This document shows, piece by piece, positions 1 to 13,553 of a stretch of 64,000 bases of DNA. Location of the stretch: assembly GCF_006345805.1 (NCBI RefSeq), contig NC_043005.1, forward strand, positions 64,666,001 to 64,730,000, written 5' to 3'. A program made the translations under genes and the position numbers. Numbering within the stretch: position 1 is the stretch's first letter; every line of letters begins with the position of its first letter. The stretch comes from Octopus sinensis. Taxonomy: Eukaryota. Below the pieces are notes generated by a model. The model had not been told where the DNA came from, did not search any database, and was given only the letters and a program-made list of their open reading frames with translations.

Positions 1-179
1 AGTTGTAAAAATTGTTATCATACAAAGAACGTTGTCGAAAAAAAAAGCACATAAAAAAATTGCTGAAAACAATCGCAGGAATGAAAACTTAGGAATCCAA
101 AATTTCAGAATTGCAGGTTCCAGATTCGGCCCAGAATATTTTTTATTTACTCATGGAGTCAGCCTGATTCCAAAATGGC

Positions 180-245
180 ATGGTATGTTGGGCTATGTCC
201 TCTAAAGTTAGAAAAGTGTGACACACTAACATTCACATATATGTA

Positions 246-290
<45 letters not shown>

Positions 291-1655
291 ATTCTCATAG
301 CTATGCTATCGGAGCATCTACCTCCACTATTTATTTGGTTACCTAGATAATGGAAGCTATCTACAACCTCTAGCTTACCCCACTGGCAGTTGATGGAATC
401 TATTTTCAGTATTTTTTCAGTGTTTTATATACTGGTGCATCTTCCACATACAAAAGCTATTTTCCCTGCTAACCTTCCTCTGATATTGCTGCACCTTTTA
501 TGTGTCCAAAACTTATACTGGATGCATCTTATGGAGTTTCTACCTATGCCTTTTCTACAGATCGAGCAGGGCCATCCTCCTGAAGGGATTTGCGATTTGT
601 CTGCCTTCTTACTTACTAACACTTTGGTTTCTGTCAGGTTAACTCTAAGGCCCTTCGATTCTAGACCTTGCTTCCCTGCCTAAACTTCTTTTCTAGTTCT
701 GGTAGTGATTCAGCAATAAGAGCAAGGTCATCAGCATAGAGGAGCTCCCAGGGGCAGCCTGTCTTAAATTCCTCTGTTATTGCCTGGAGGACTGTGATGA
801 ACAAGAGGGGTCTAAGGGCTGATCCTTGGTGAACCCCTACCTGTGCCTTGAATTTTTTTCTGCACTCATTGCTAACCCTTACCTTATTGGTAGCATCCTT
901 ATACAAAGCTTGTACAGCTTTCACCAACCACTCATCTATCCCTTGTTTCTGCATTGACCACCAGATAAGGGATTGGGGGACCCTGTCAAAGGCTTTCTCC
1001 AAGTCAACAAAAGCAGGGGTTTATCTTTGGCTAAGTATTTCTCCTGCAGCTGCCTACCAGAAATATAGCATCAGTGGTGCTTCTCCCTGGTGCCAAACTG
1101 TATCTCATCTAGACTAACTCTCTCTCTACTTAGTTGGGCTATGACTCTTCTCATAACTTCCATCACCTGATGAAACAATATGATACTTCTGTAATTATTT
1201 CTATGTAAGGCATCACCTTTACCTTTGTAGTAGGTGACTACAGTGCTACTACACCAGTCACTGGGTGTGACTCCTTTGTGAACCACCTGATTTACAATAT
1301 GGGTGACTAGACCATAGCCCACACCACCAGATATTTTAAGCATCTCAACGGTGATTCCTGAAGGGTCAGGGGCTTTCACTCTATATCATTATTTGCTTTA
1401 TCTACCAAGGTACTGTCATTTCAGGTAGCTGGTCCCTCAACTGGGTCAACATTTGGCAGATTCTCCTCCTCCCATTCATTCTCTTCATTTACCAGCCATT
1501 CATAGTGGCATTTCCAAGCCTCTTTCTTTGCAGAATCATTAAATGCAAGTGCACCTTCATCCATGCAGACACATATCTCTCCTACAACATTACAATTTTC
1601 TCTCACACACTATCTTGCAATCCGAAACACTTCAGTTCTTTGGCTCTCACATGGC
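180..1655 (-). mobile_element. Degenerate RTE-clade LINE (pre-RT and RT fragments, frameshifted)
   Basis: ORF pieces KAPDPSG, EKAFDRVP, HQGSALRPLLF, YADD and the Cys-rich insert. Collinear with the 41627-42865 ORF. Confidence 0.88.
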
Positions 1656-1884
1656 TGAACAAACGAATACACACACACATACACACATATATGGCAGGTA
1701 CGCACTGACATGGTCGCATGGTTACAAATTGACATTATAACCACATAGCTGTGGGTTTTACTATTAATTATGTCTGCATTTTAATCAAATCTCTTTAAAG
1801 TTATAGTCAAAAGTTTAGCAATAATAACAGAGCATAGATTTATATTTTCAAATATGTTTAGAATATGATAATTTAAAACATTAC

Positions 1885-2109
1885 CAAGTCCTCAAAAATG
1901 TCTTTTTGATGCACATGTATAGTAACAAGAGTCTCAAACTTGGTACGGTCTACTTTGCTGAGTTCTTGCATTGTTACATTAATTAACTCATTAAGGATAT
2001 CTCCAAATTTGTCGTTGATTGTTCCCATAATTTTCTTATCAACTCGAGCTCGACTGAGGGCCTCTTCAGAATCTCTGGTCCACATTATCTGTAAGCCTAA
2101 CAGGCCAAC
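1885..2109 (-). CDS. DNAH5: Dynein heavy chain exon 11, 225 bp, [18 protein letters not shown]...[11 protein letters not shown]
   Basis: ctgtag/gtaatg sites, phase 0/0. The [12 protein letters not shown] motif precedes AAA1. The gene continues beyond both ends of the window. Confidence 0.95.
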
Positions 2110-2446
2110 CTACAGGCAAGATAAACAATTTCTCAGTTATGGTAAGCACGCTTATTGTAAATTGATATTATAACATAGTGCTATCATTTCAAATAATGTT
2201 TTGAATTTTCTGAATTCATGTTGCTAAAGTAACTTGATAGAAATATTTTTTAAAATACTTTTTTTTAGCATAAATACATTTAAATGGGTTATCATAATTA
2301 CACAGAATTAAAATCATTAGCACTGATCATGCTGGCCTTCATTCATAATAATCAACCTTAAATTTTCCTTCTTCTCCTCCTCTTACTACTACTATTGCTG
2401 CCATTGCTGTCAGAACTAGTACTACTATGCTACTGCTGCTGTTGTT

Positions 2447-2633
2447 GTTGTTGTTGTTAAGCATCAAGATGGGTAAGGATGATTAGGTGATGGTCTAGGG
2501 CTTAGGGGCAGGAAACCCCAGACTTTGGTCGTCTTGTTGTAGTCGAGAGCTCTTCGTTGATGCCCGACACCACTGGGAGGTGGCCCTTGAAGTCACTGGA
2601 AATGGAGATCTCCAGGTCCAAATTCTTGAATGG
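2447..2633 (-). repeat. Dispersed repeat with (AAC)n tail, probable LINE 3' end; second copy at 15517-15728 (+)
   Basis: About 190 bp of near-identity to 15517-15728 in opposite orientation. Confidence 0.7.
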
Positions 2634-4207
2634 CTGCTACTACTGCTGCTACTACTACATCATTATTGTTGCAGTTGTTATTTTAATGTAACCTGCTTCT
2701 GTATGGTGTAGAAGGTTGTCCATTTTGAGGGGATGATAAACACACCATGCTACCAAGTTTAACAGTGGAGTTCACTCAGTTGCATGAATTCAGTGGTAGT
2801 TTTTAGCAGTGGTCTTTTAGATCTATTCATGTGCCATCGTACTTTACACTTGCCTGCAATGCAAATGAAGAATAAGGGACAAAAACCTTCTAATCAATTG
2901 TCTCCCCTCTTCCCAGATAACTGTGAATTTTTCTCTATCCTAAGAACCCTTGCATCACCCCCAACACACAAGTCATATATTCCTTTCTGAGACGCGAATC
3001 TCTCAACTCTTATCTACAACATATTCCTACTGTTCAGGCTACATTCTTTCTTCAAAATTTACTTGAAAAGTTAGTTTCTGCACATATAGATTCCACTCCT
3101 TCTGTCACTCTCCTCTCACACTTGGATCTCAGTAATAACATCATCTAGCTACCTCAGTTCAGAGTTTCTCTCTCTCTCTTTCATTCTGCTAAGCATAAAT
3201 CTATGAAACAGAATAGCAGTTTTATAAAACCATTCTATTGACATAGAATTATGTTATAATGTAACTATTGGTAGTTTAGTGGCCACTAAGAATAATGACG
3301 CTACTATTTCCATTATCAGCCAATATTTTAATGTTCATACTTTTATCAAGTTTTCCTTTTCGAAAAAAAAAAAAAAACTTAAGTAAATTCAGGTATTTTT
3401 TATGTTACTCCAAAAGAGTATAATAAAACCACAAACCAGATAAATTTTATCATTTTTTGCTCTCTCCCTGATGCATGTATGTCAATATTCTAGATATACA
3501 AAGAAAAGACAATAAACAGACAAACACAGACATAGGTTTGATTTTCTTTGCAATAATAATGTCATAAATGGTAATTTATTCCAATTTATTCATTTAAAAA
3601 AATCCTAAGATGTGATAAGAATTTTAAATTTTAACTGAGTAAATCAAACTATTGCTACAAGCACAACAAAAATATATGTACGAATGTCATTGAGAATCAA
3701 ATACTTTAGATACTTATGCAAACATACATGCAGAAAAGATATCTCCTTTTACATTTACAATGATGTTGTCTGCATTAATAATATTATTGCTATAACATAT
3801 TCTTTATTGACTGTGGAAAAAGAATCGTGAAGAGTCAGTTTTTTCATAAGTTTGATTATTTTATCATGATTTTAAATTCATGATTTATTGTATTTTTTAG
3901 CAAGAAAGACGCACATTTTTTGTAAAAACAGTACCTTGAAAATTACCATGTATATTCTACAAGGTTAATTGGAAGTTCTTGCTGTATTTAACATTACAGC
4001 CCATTAGGTATTAGTAAAGGTGTAATATCCAGTTTTTTTACAGGTTCTTTGCTAAAAATTTAAGATATGACAAACAACGAATGACTGGTGTTTGTTAAGT
4101 TCCATCCACACAATTGAGCAGTGGAGAGCTGAGTTTCGTTGCACACAAGGGATGGCAGGATGCAGTCATAGTTGAGTACCAGCGAGGTGGTCAATAATGG
4201 CAGGTGT

Positions 4208-4310
4208 GGTTTGATTATTGTTATTATTGTTCAGGTCACTGCTTGGAATCAAACTGGGAATCTTGGGGTTAGTAACTCGTGCTCTTAACCACTATGCCAT
4301 ATGCCCGTGG
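4208..4310 (-). mobile_element. tRNA-like SINE head / tRNA pseudogene-like sequence followed by an AAT/AAC tract
   Basis: Minus strand gggcatatggcatagtggttaagagc (A box) ... cagtttgattcca (B-box-like). A partial copy lies at 6218-6260 (+). Confidence 0.6.
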
Positions 4311-4707
4311 GCAATTATGGACTGAATGATTACAGGACATTTACATTAAAAAGCATAGTGTTGTGTACTACTCACTACTCGACCATGTGGACTGGGCTTT
4401 AATGAGTATAAAAAAATGAAATTTCCTACAGTTATATTTCCAAAATTAGGATGTCTTCAACATGACAGTATCTACCATGCCACAAAATAAAGTGGTTCAC
4501 AAGCAAATCTCAGTTTCATTTCAGCATCTTGAATGTTTTCCAGCTTTCCATATCAATATAAGAGTCTATAAAAAATTATCCCTTCATTATATCACCAGTA
4601 AACTTCAATGTGTTGTGGTTTCATAGTAATTTGTTATTATCAAGTTTTTGCTTGGCTCAATTTCTACTGTAGGTACCTTTGACAACAATATTAATGCAAA
4701 GCCTAAA

Positions 4708-4885
4708 GCAGTGAGCTGGCAGTAATGGTTAGCTAAGTGGTCAAAATGCTTAATGGCAAATGCCACCAGGGTCAACTTTTCCTTTCATCCTTTTGTGGGA
4801 ACGATAAAATAAAGTACCAGTTGAACATTGGTGTTGATGTAATTGACTTAGTTCCTCTCTCAAAACTGCTAGCTCTGTGCCAATA
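4708..4885 (+). mobile_element. Old copy of SINE family 2
   Basis: gagctggcag head and cctttcatcctttt...gataaaataaagtaccag core shared with 27729-27961. Confidence 0.65.
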
Positions 4886-5244
4886 TTAATTCAATGCCAA
4901 TGTAAATTAATGTTAATGTGGTTCTCTATACCAATGCATTTGTCTTTTTTTGCTTTTAATGTGTTAATACCCTGATTCCCAGCTACATAAATGATTCTAC
5001 AAGTGACGGACATTAATTTTGCTTCAATTATGTTGATGATAATTCTATTCAGCAACCAAATGTTTTTTCAGTTTTTTTTTTCTTTAACTTGTGGGTCTGG
5101 GGGAGGTTGGAAGTATAGGATCAAGGATGTCATGAAAATGGCTTGCTGGAAGGAGAGGAGCAGGGGAAGTCATGTGAGCAGAAGGGTGACTAGCACAGTC
5201 CTTTTTTGCTTTAGGCCGCTGACACTGATGATGACAATGGCAAT

Positions 5245-5670
5245 AACAACAACAACGACAATAACAACAACCACAACATCGAAAAATACCTTAAGAATGA
5301 GAACCCAGGTTCGAAATTTCCCCAGGACACCTGATGAAGGCTGGAGGGTCACAGCTTTGCGATGTTTGTCTACCCTTATTTTCAGCGGGCAGCATGTTTC
5401 ACATTTATATAACCAACCACAGCTGCATGGGATGGAGTACACGCAGTCTTTGGTCATATTCTCTTTTATGGGTGGTTTTACCCGAAGGAGATATTGGCGA
5501 AGTGTTGTATTACTCTTGAATACTGTCCTGATGTCATATGTCAACAACAACAACATCGAAAAATACCTTAGGAATGAGAACCCAGGTTCGAAATTTCCCC
5601 AGGACACCTAATGAAAGCTGGAGGATATATCAAATGTAAATAATTTCTCATCTCTTAAATATAGAACTGT
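5245..5670. mobile_element. Penelope-like element remnant: GIY-YIG endonuclease fragment (minus, ~5350-5535) between two direct ~75-bp pLTR-like repeats carrying hammerhead 5' halves
   Basis: Minus peptide KDCVYSIPCSCGWLYKCETCCPLKIRVDKH fits the PLE GIY-YIG pattern. Direct repeats at ~5275-5349 and ~5550-5630 end in gacacCTGATGAaggctg. Confidence 0.75.
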
Positions 5671-6049
5671 ATGAAATTAATAATCTGAAAACTGATTATT
5701 TCATCAGTTATTCCTTACTTTAGCTTGTAATTCCAGAATTTCTCCAGACATATCAATGGAAATGTCTTTTATTGATTATGGTTAATTAATGGCAAATGAT
5801 ATCTGATTCTACTTTTGACTTAATATTCATAAACCCATTTTAGTAATTAGTGCACAATATTCTCATCTTTATAATCAGAATAATGTTTGCATAATTAAGT
5901 TTGTGTGTCATAAGGAAAAGTGAATTTTAAAACTGCATTAAGCTCTTTGTCCTTGGACTTAAATATTTTTCTCTATAAAATTCAAATTGTCTAACCCATT
6001 GGAAATCAGATTCCTTGCTGTAAAACGTTGAATTTTTTCAAATAACAAT

Positions 6050-6192
6050 TCATTTTGCATTATTTACATTCAACAGATATTTGTCCTCATTTTGTTTGTT
6101 GTTAACACGTTTCAGCTGATATACGCTCCAGCCTTCTTCAGGTGTCTTGAGGAAATTTCGAACATGGTTTATCATTCCTAAGGTATTTTTTA
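6050..6192 (-). mobile_element. Penelope pLTR-like repeat with degenerate hammerhead motif (HHR family A)
   Basis: Reverse complement matches the 5275-5349 repeat and reads gacac CTGAAGA aggctg..cagct GAAAC gtgtt. Confidence 0.7.
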
Positions 6193-6341
6193 TCCTCCTC
6201 CTCTACCACCGCCGCCGTTTGATTCCCAGTTTGATCCAAGCAGTGACCTGAACAACAATTTCAATCACTATACGTAAGGGGTAAAAAAGCTACCAGGGAA
6301 ATTTTCCATAAAAAAAGTCTGTTAAAATCAGATACACTTAC

Positions 6342-6479
6342 TTGAGCTGGATAAGCATTTTGAAACTCAATGAGCTTAAACATTGGATCACTAGTTGCAA
6401 AGTAAGAACTTCGGATAACTGCATGTAAAGAGTGGCGAGATACTCTCAATAAATCTCCCAGCCAAACTTCAACATTGCC
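6342..6479 (-). CDS. DNAH5: Dynein heavy chain exon 10, 138 bp, GNVEVWLGDLL...NAYPAQ
   Basis: tttcag/gtaagt sites, phase 0/0. GNVEVWL and PAQ motifs. Confidence 0.93.
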
Positions 6480-7104
6480 CTGAAATGAAATGTGAATTTA
6501 TGACAAAAGGGACAGCAAATAATTTCAAATACTTATAAAAATACCAATAGAATTGTATCCTATTTTGCATTCCACTGTTGATTTGATGCTGATAAATGAA
6601 TGGCTCTTCCATGCTTTAAATAACTGTAATGCAATTGTATTGTTACGCTAGACATATTGAAAACATTTGACAGGATTTGACATGTTAATTACTTGATGAG
6701 ACATTATGAAATTTCGGGAAGGATCCTTAGAATTCTTGAATGTTTTTTGAATGAATGTAACATGGATATTGCTGCAGGTGTCCATTAGTCTTCTACTTAT
6801 TCTGTTTCACCTACCATTTCTCAAGATCTATTCTGTTCGTTCTTGTTCTTACTTTTTTACTAATGACCTTTGGGATGGTCTTACTGATGGCACTTCTTTG
6901 TATTCTTCCTTGAATAAGATATCTGATTTGTTGTAAGAAATAATTGGTTCACTCGAGCTCCATCTACATTTCATGACTGGTTGGGAGTCTCAGTGATTAG
7001 CTTCTTTCAACTATGCAAAAGCTAAGCTTTTTCCATTTATTGTTTCAGGAACTCTGATGTTGTTCCTATTTCTACGACTTTTCATGAGTTTTCTGATCTT
7101 CACC

Positions 7105-7527
7105 TTTTAACTCCGACGTCTGGCAGCTGACTTATCAGACACCCATAAAATTATTAACCATCTTACCAACAATAACTCTGAGCACCTTTTTAAACTCCAT
7201 TTGTCTAACACCCGTGGACATGTTTACAAAGTCAGAAAATGGCACAGCTCCCATGACTTTTGGAAACATTTTTTCACGCTAAGAGTTGCTGAAGTATGGA
7301 ACGAACTGCTGGCATCAGTTGTTAGTTGTCGGAGCAGTACATCCTTCAAAACTTCCATGCTTCCTGAGATTCGCCAACACTACACCTGATTTTCTCCCCT
7401 CCATACACATGCAAGCATGTATCTGACTCATACACTGTTCACTTCCCAGACATTTGTACATTACTGCATATGCTTTAGACGCACTTTTGACAAGTGGTGG
7501 TGCATCTAAGTACTGTATACAATAATT

Positions 7528-7559
<32 letters not shown>

Positions 7560-7560
7560 T
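7105..7560 (+). mobile_element. CR1-clade LINE 3' end with (ATT)n tail
   Basis: Peptide TRGHVYKV...FFTLRVAEVWNEL...FK is the CR1 ORF2 C-terminus; attattatt tail. Confidence 0.82.
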
Positions 7561-8659
7561 AAGTTTAACTTTTTCCCAGAGATCTTACTATGTGATATCA
7601 ATAGCTAAATCAATCACTAACAAGATTGCTTCTCTATACAAAGCTCATCATTATTTTTATTTTAAATGTATTCTTCATCTTTTTACCTTTTATTCACCTT
7701 ATATTAAATACCTTCTATCACTTCTAATCTGGGCGTCTCTGCTGGTGTTCTTCCTCTCTCCTTAATCAAATTCCAAAACAAGTTTCTAACATAATTAGTA
7801 CTGTTTTGGCAGTTAAACATCAACTCCCCTTTCACCAATAAAATATTGCTTCTTTATCTCTTGTCTAGAAATACATCCATGTGTGCTGTTCTGCCAGCCT
7901 ATCTTCACTTATTCCTCTATTAAGGTTACTAAATGAGAGGCTCATTTTTCTCCTAATTCTAATCCTTTCACTCTTCTAAGAAGAGTTTCTACTCTAATAG
8001 TTTCTTTACTTGAACACCTGTCTTTAACAATTTTCTTCCTTCTTGTTACACATGAGATTTTTCTTTTAACAAAATAAGTGTTTTGATGCCTGTTTTATTG
8101 CTTGCTACTTGCCACCATTTTGGGAGGGACTTAAAAACAATTAGGATAGCATTTGCTGCTATATCAAAGATTAATATGATAAAACCACCTTTATCAAGCA
8201 AAGATTACAATTCTAATTTGTTTCTCAGAAAAGCCCGCAATGTTAGGATTTTGGTGGAGCATGAAATCTCATCTTATCTTACAAACATGAAATAGTTTGA
8301 GTATAATAATGACTTTATAAATTGTACACATTGCACAATATCAGTACTAAGAGATGTAAATGAGCTCATAATTCAAAATTATGGAGATACTAAATTTCTG
8401 TTGTGATAAGAATGTCTCTTTAGTGAAACAAATGGATGTAGCTTTCTTTAAATACATGAAACTAGGAATAATATGTTCATAAAATATGAAATAACATACA
8501 GATGATAATAAGAAATTTTGGATGAATTTATATGATGCTGTTGGATTTTCAAGTAATTGAGAAACACTTATATTTGTATTTTTTAAACAAGCTTTTAAAT
8601 ACAATAAAGTAAGAATCTTTGAACATAGAAACATATTTTACAAAAGAATTATACAACAC

Positions 8660-8788
8660 CTGAGCAAGTACTGTTTCATCAAGAGTGACAGTTTCGTTTT
8701 CAGATGAATGTACAGACAAGATCTTATCATAGTTCTTTTCATCAAACCTCACTGATTTTATGTTGTCAAAACAACTCAACAGATGAGA
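8660..8788 (-). CDS. DNAH5: Dynein heavy chain exon 9, 129 bp, [13 protein letters not shown]...ETVLAQ
   Basis: tttag/gtgttg sites, phase 0/0, in frame with both neighbours. Confidence 0.92.
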
Positions 8789-9499
8789 CTAAAAATACAG
8801 AAAAGATATATATAAATATGAAGTATATATCCCAACATGATACTACCATAAAAGTGATATCGATATAAATGAAGCAAGCAATCACTGACAGAAGAGATTA
8901 TACCAATATATCATCTACTCCCACAGGTTTACAGGAATATATCGACAAACAAGATAACATTCAGCTCTCCCTGTAAGCATTTTGTATCTTTCCAGTGAAT
9001 TGCCACAAATAAATTATATCAAAACCGTTGAATTAGTTGCTTTACATTTAATGTGGACTTTTATTGTCAAAAATAGACTCTGAAAATTAGGTCATATAAA
9101 GTGCATCTAATTCTTGCATCTCAAATTGATATGTTGAACACCATTTTCAAGTAACCATCAATCAACTATTTGCAGAGGGGTTTGTTTTTAGAGGGTTTTC
9201 TCTAAAGGATTCAGGTTTCGTCTGGATCATATTTATTAAATACAAACAACCATATTTCACTTATTGGCCAGAGTTGTTTCCATATCAAGAACACACCATG
9301 TCAAACAATTGAACACTCACAAACAGATACATCCATGTTTGTATATTAAACATTCCTGTTCTTGAATTTTCTTTCTGCTTGTTTTGGGTAATATTTTCTC
9401 ACATATACATTTCCATTTGTAATGAACTGTCTTGTTTTGACACCACAATCTCAACATCTTTTTTTACTGAAAGTCTTATTCAGTAATCTTTCAGTACTT

Positions 9500-9808
9500 G
9501 GTGGTTGGTTGTTCCTTCTCGGGTCACGCCTGGCTCATAAGGGCCGGTTTTCTGGTTTCTTGGCGTATAGGTTCCCCACCTGGATGGGACACTGGTCCAT
9601 CACAGGTGAGCTGCAAGATGCAGGAGGAAAGAGTGAGAGAAAGTTGTGGCGAAAGAGTCAGCAGAAGTTTCGTCATTACCTTCTGCCGGAGCTGCGTGGA
9701 GCTTAGGTGTCTCGTTCATAAACACACATATCGCCCGGTCTGAGATTCAAACCCGCGATTTCTCGACTGCAAGTCGGCTGCTCTAACCACTAGGCCATGT
9801 GCCTCCAC
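9500..9808 (-). mobile_element. tRNA-derived SINE family 3 with 12-bp TSD (ctttcagtactt)
   Basis: Head gtggaggcacatggcctagtggttagagc...gggtttgaatctc. TSD at 9488-9499 and 9808-9819. Other copies at 58417 and 60665. Confidence 0.88.
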
Positions 9809-10465
9809 TTTCAGTACTTACATACTAGTCAACTTTTGCTCTTTTCTGTATGCTTTCACAGTCTTCTTTATTACACAATATCAAACTTAACTGACTACAT
9901 TTCTTTGTCCTGCCATACACACTTTGGTCTAAGTATGCTTCACATATTATTAATTTTGCATGCTTCATTTTATCGAGCAAGATTTCTAAATATTGCTTTT
10001 ATGGTGAGAAATTGATTTGCAATCACAGAAATCACAGAAGGAAGAATTAGTAGTTGTAGGAGGAAGATGATAAGGAGACTAAAAATAAAGACTTATTCAA
10101 GGAATCTACAAGCTTCAACCTTTGCTGAGAATCCACGAACTTGTCTCAAGTTACCCAGGTAACAACAACCCTGCCAGCTCACTCTAAATATATTAATAAA
10201 TTCCAATAATAAAGATGTAATGTTAATAACAATATAACTATAATGATACCCACTCCTCAAACATAATATAGACAGACAGACAGACAGATAGATAGACAAA
10301 CATATATCATTTCATTTTCATTTCATCTAGTTTCAGCTCACGAGCTGTGGCCATATATTTATATATTGCATATTAATAATACCCATTGTTGGCTGTTTAG
10401 TCTCTTTACCTTATTTGAAATTACTCTTCTCTCACTGAGCATATATAGTGGACTATGGTTACTAC

Positions 10466-10915
10466 ATCATCATCATCATCATCATCGTTTAACGTCCATT
10501 TTCCATGCTTGCATGGGATGGACGGTTCGACCGGGGATCTGGGAAGCCAGAAGGCTGCACCAGGCTCCGGTCTTATCTGACAATGTTTCTACAGCTGGAT
10601 GCCCTTCCTAACGCCAACCACTCCGTGAGTGTAGTGGGTGCTTTTTACGTGCCACCTGCACTGGTGCCAGGCGAGGCTGGCATCGGCCCCGGTCGGATTG
10701 GTGCATTTTACGTGCCACCTGCACGGAAGCCAGTCGAGGTGGCACTGGCTTCGGCCACGATTCAGATGGTGCTTTTTACGTGCCACCGACACGGAAGCCA
10801 GTCGAGGCGGTGCTGGCAACGGCCACGATTCGGATAGTGCTTTTTACATATCTCCAGTCCAGGTGTCCTGGCATCTGCCGGGTGCCAGTCATAGGATTGG
10901 TTCAATTTCGATTCC
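10466..10915 (-). mobile_element. 5'-truncated RTE LINE (3' UTR only) with (GAT)n tail
   Basis: Matches the 3' end of the RTE copies at 32060 and 39815. Confidence 0.85.
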
Positions 10916-11307
10916 AATATATTTGCAATGTTTGTATTTAATAAATATGATCCAGGCAAAACCTGAATCCTTTAGAGAAAAACTCTCTGAAAACAAACCA
11001 CACTACAAATAGTTGATACAACATAGTGGACTATGGTTACTACAACTCCAATTTATCTGCAGTGATTTATTTACCCTTCCTTATTTTCCCCACCCCTCCT
11101 TTTATTTCTACTATGAATGCTACATCTAATACTACAATTATCAAAATTAATTGTAGTATAATACTGTTTCACTTTGTGGTACAGGGACCATTATTTGCAA
11201 CTCTAGATTGTTATTATTATATCTATAATAGGTAATCTGGGGATATACAGATGTTACTGTATGTAATATCAGGAGAAATTATATTGGTACAATGCTTATA
11301 TTTTTAT

Positions 11308-11900
11308 GTATGTGGGTTGGTTGTAAAGTTCATAGGCTGACCGAGATACTCTCATGGAATGTAATCCAAATGAGGGTTATTTTTTAACACTGTCTCCCTT
11401 ACAGTTCACACATTTCTTCCATTGGTGTTACAGTATTTAGATCCCGATGGTGAAGAAGCTTTCATCCTGTTGCTCAAAAATGTCATCAACAGCAAATATG
11501 ATGTCCATTATCACTGTGATTCTGGTCCCCACCAAGTGGTTGCCAGCCAATTGAGGCCATCACCATCTCTGCAGATGAAACGACCTTAGCCTTCTTTGGA
11601 GCAGGTAAGGAGGTGTGTTTACACTGCATGGATCAACCCATCACTCATCCCAGGTAAGGAACCATATCAGCATGAATGTCCTTGGAGCATGAATGTCCTT
11701 GGATAACATCATGCCAATTTTGTTCAATTTCAGGAGAAGTCACAACTAATTACTTCTGAAGTGTTCTTTGAACAGTCAGATGTCAGTTTACACGGAAAAA
11801 AATAAAGCAGTTATTAATAAGAAGAGATGAAATTAACACATGCAAGATTTCACAGCTCTAGCATCACTCCCTCATAGTGAATTTATGAATTTGTGATCCC
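11308..11900 (-). mobile_element. Internally deleted mariner-family element, same family as 17164-18388
   Basis: Both ends align by eye with the ends of the 17164-18388 element. Confidence 0.65.
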
Positions 11901-12752
11901 ATCCTTGTGTGTTAGTTTCATAAAAATTGATACATACCAAAATTACACATCATTCCTTCATACCTTCTCTCTATTATTTATGTTATTTTTATAATCTATA
12001 ATATTGGATGATATGGGAAATACTTCCTTGCACTCTTCATACAACCATCCTCAACACACTCTCTTTCGCTCTCTCATTACATTGCAAGTTTATATGTGAC
12101 ACCAACTGCATTGGACTTGTTTGTACTCATTAATCTCCACTTTAATCCTTCTGCACATCCATTGTCATCCACTTAATCTTACCATTGTCCACCTCTACAT
12201 TACCTATGACTGTTCCTCTCTTCCTTTTCACTTCAATCACTGTGGTTCTAATCCTTTAAACTGATGGACAATCAAGCAAAGAAAGTATAGAGTGAAGCGG
12301 TCTCTTTAATTCTATCATCAAAAATATGATAAAATGTAAAAATACACTCTATAAAGGGTATGAGAGGATATGCAGTTATATGGACCAAGCCAAAATAGAA
12401 TTGATCAAACAAGACGTGATCCTCCTACACATATATAAGAGTAGTAGTTCCAAATAAAAACTTACTCATATAATGACAATTTGCTCAACCAAAAATGAGG
12501 AGGGTGTGTGTATGAGTGTGTACTATAATAATGCTTATTATTATAATTATAAAATATAATTATAAAAGCTGCTTATTAATTACTTATATGTGTGTAACTT
12601 TTATTAAACGAGACTAATTATTAAAGTCTACACTGCCAAGTAAATTCTTATAAATTCCAATTTCAATATATTTTTTTAAAAATCAAAATGCGTTTTACAA
12701 ACATGGTATACACTACCAGAAAACCATTGGGAGAGCAATGTTTCTGCTAGTA

Positions 12753-12758
12753 TATGTA

Positions 12759-12837
<79 letters not shown>

Positions 12838-12850
12838 CATATATATATAC
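12753..12850. repeat. (TA)n microsatellite
   Basis: Direct reading. Many other (TA)n, (TG)n and (TATG)n tracts occur in the window. Confidence 0.95.
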
Positions 12851-13013
12851 CTTAATGATTAAAGGGTACTAACAGGCAGTACCAGCATACTAAATATAGC
12901 AGTCAAAATGACTTTGCCACAAGTTTTCACTTAAACACAAAGTAGACAAATGAATGAGAATCCTAAGACCTTGTACCAATGATGAAAATAATCAAAAACT
13001 GAAAAGGTCAGAC

Positions 13014-13185
13014 ATACCCATATCACCTTGATTTTGAACTTTCAGAAATACTCTTACTTCATCTTCAGGAAGTCATTGTACACATTGGTTGAGATAAAAA
13101 TAAACTCTATAACCCTGGGGTCAGTAAGATTCACTGAAGATGAACTAAGAGTATTTCTCAGTTCAAAATCACGGTGATATGGGTA
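13014..13185. ncRNA. Inverted pair of hammerhead-ribozyme-like motifs (HHR family D), both with AAAA in place of GAAA
   Basis: Plus copy: ttca CTGAAGA t gaact..agttc AAAA tcacggtga TA tggg (13130-13183). A reverse-complement copy lies at 13014-13074. Confidence 0.55.
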
Positions 13186-13553
13186 TATATATTTAAAACA
13201 TCATCATCATCGTCATCTAATGTTTGTCTTCCATACTGGCATGGGTCAAACGTATCAACAGATTCTAACAAGTCAGAAGACTGCATTACATTCCAATGCA
13301 TCACGTTTCTTTGGCTTCTATGGTTGGATGCCTTTCTTAACACCAACTTCAATACTATACACAGTGCCAGGAATTTTGATGTTCACTGTTACCAGAACAT
13401 CTGTCTATTCCTGGATACACTAGAATCTCAAGCTTATGATGCACAAATTAGAGTGAAGAATGCTGTACCAATATTTGAGTATAAATAGCAATAATTTCTA
13501 AGGTATAAGAATAATACATTAACAGTAACAGAAAGAAAATGAAAGTAACTCAC

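Noticed and set aside
4991-5611. 206-aa plus-strand ORF
   Set aside because: A chance frame across an AAC tract and the antisense of a Penelope fragment; no coherent domain.
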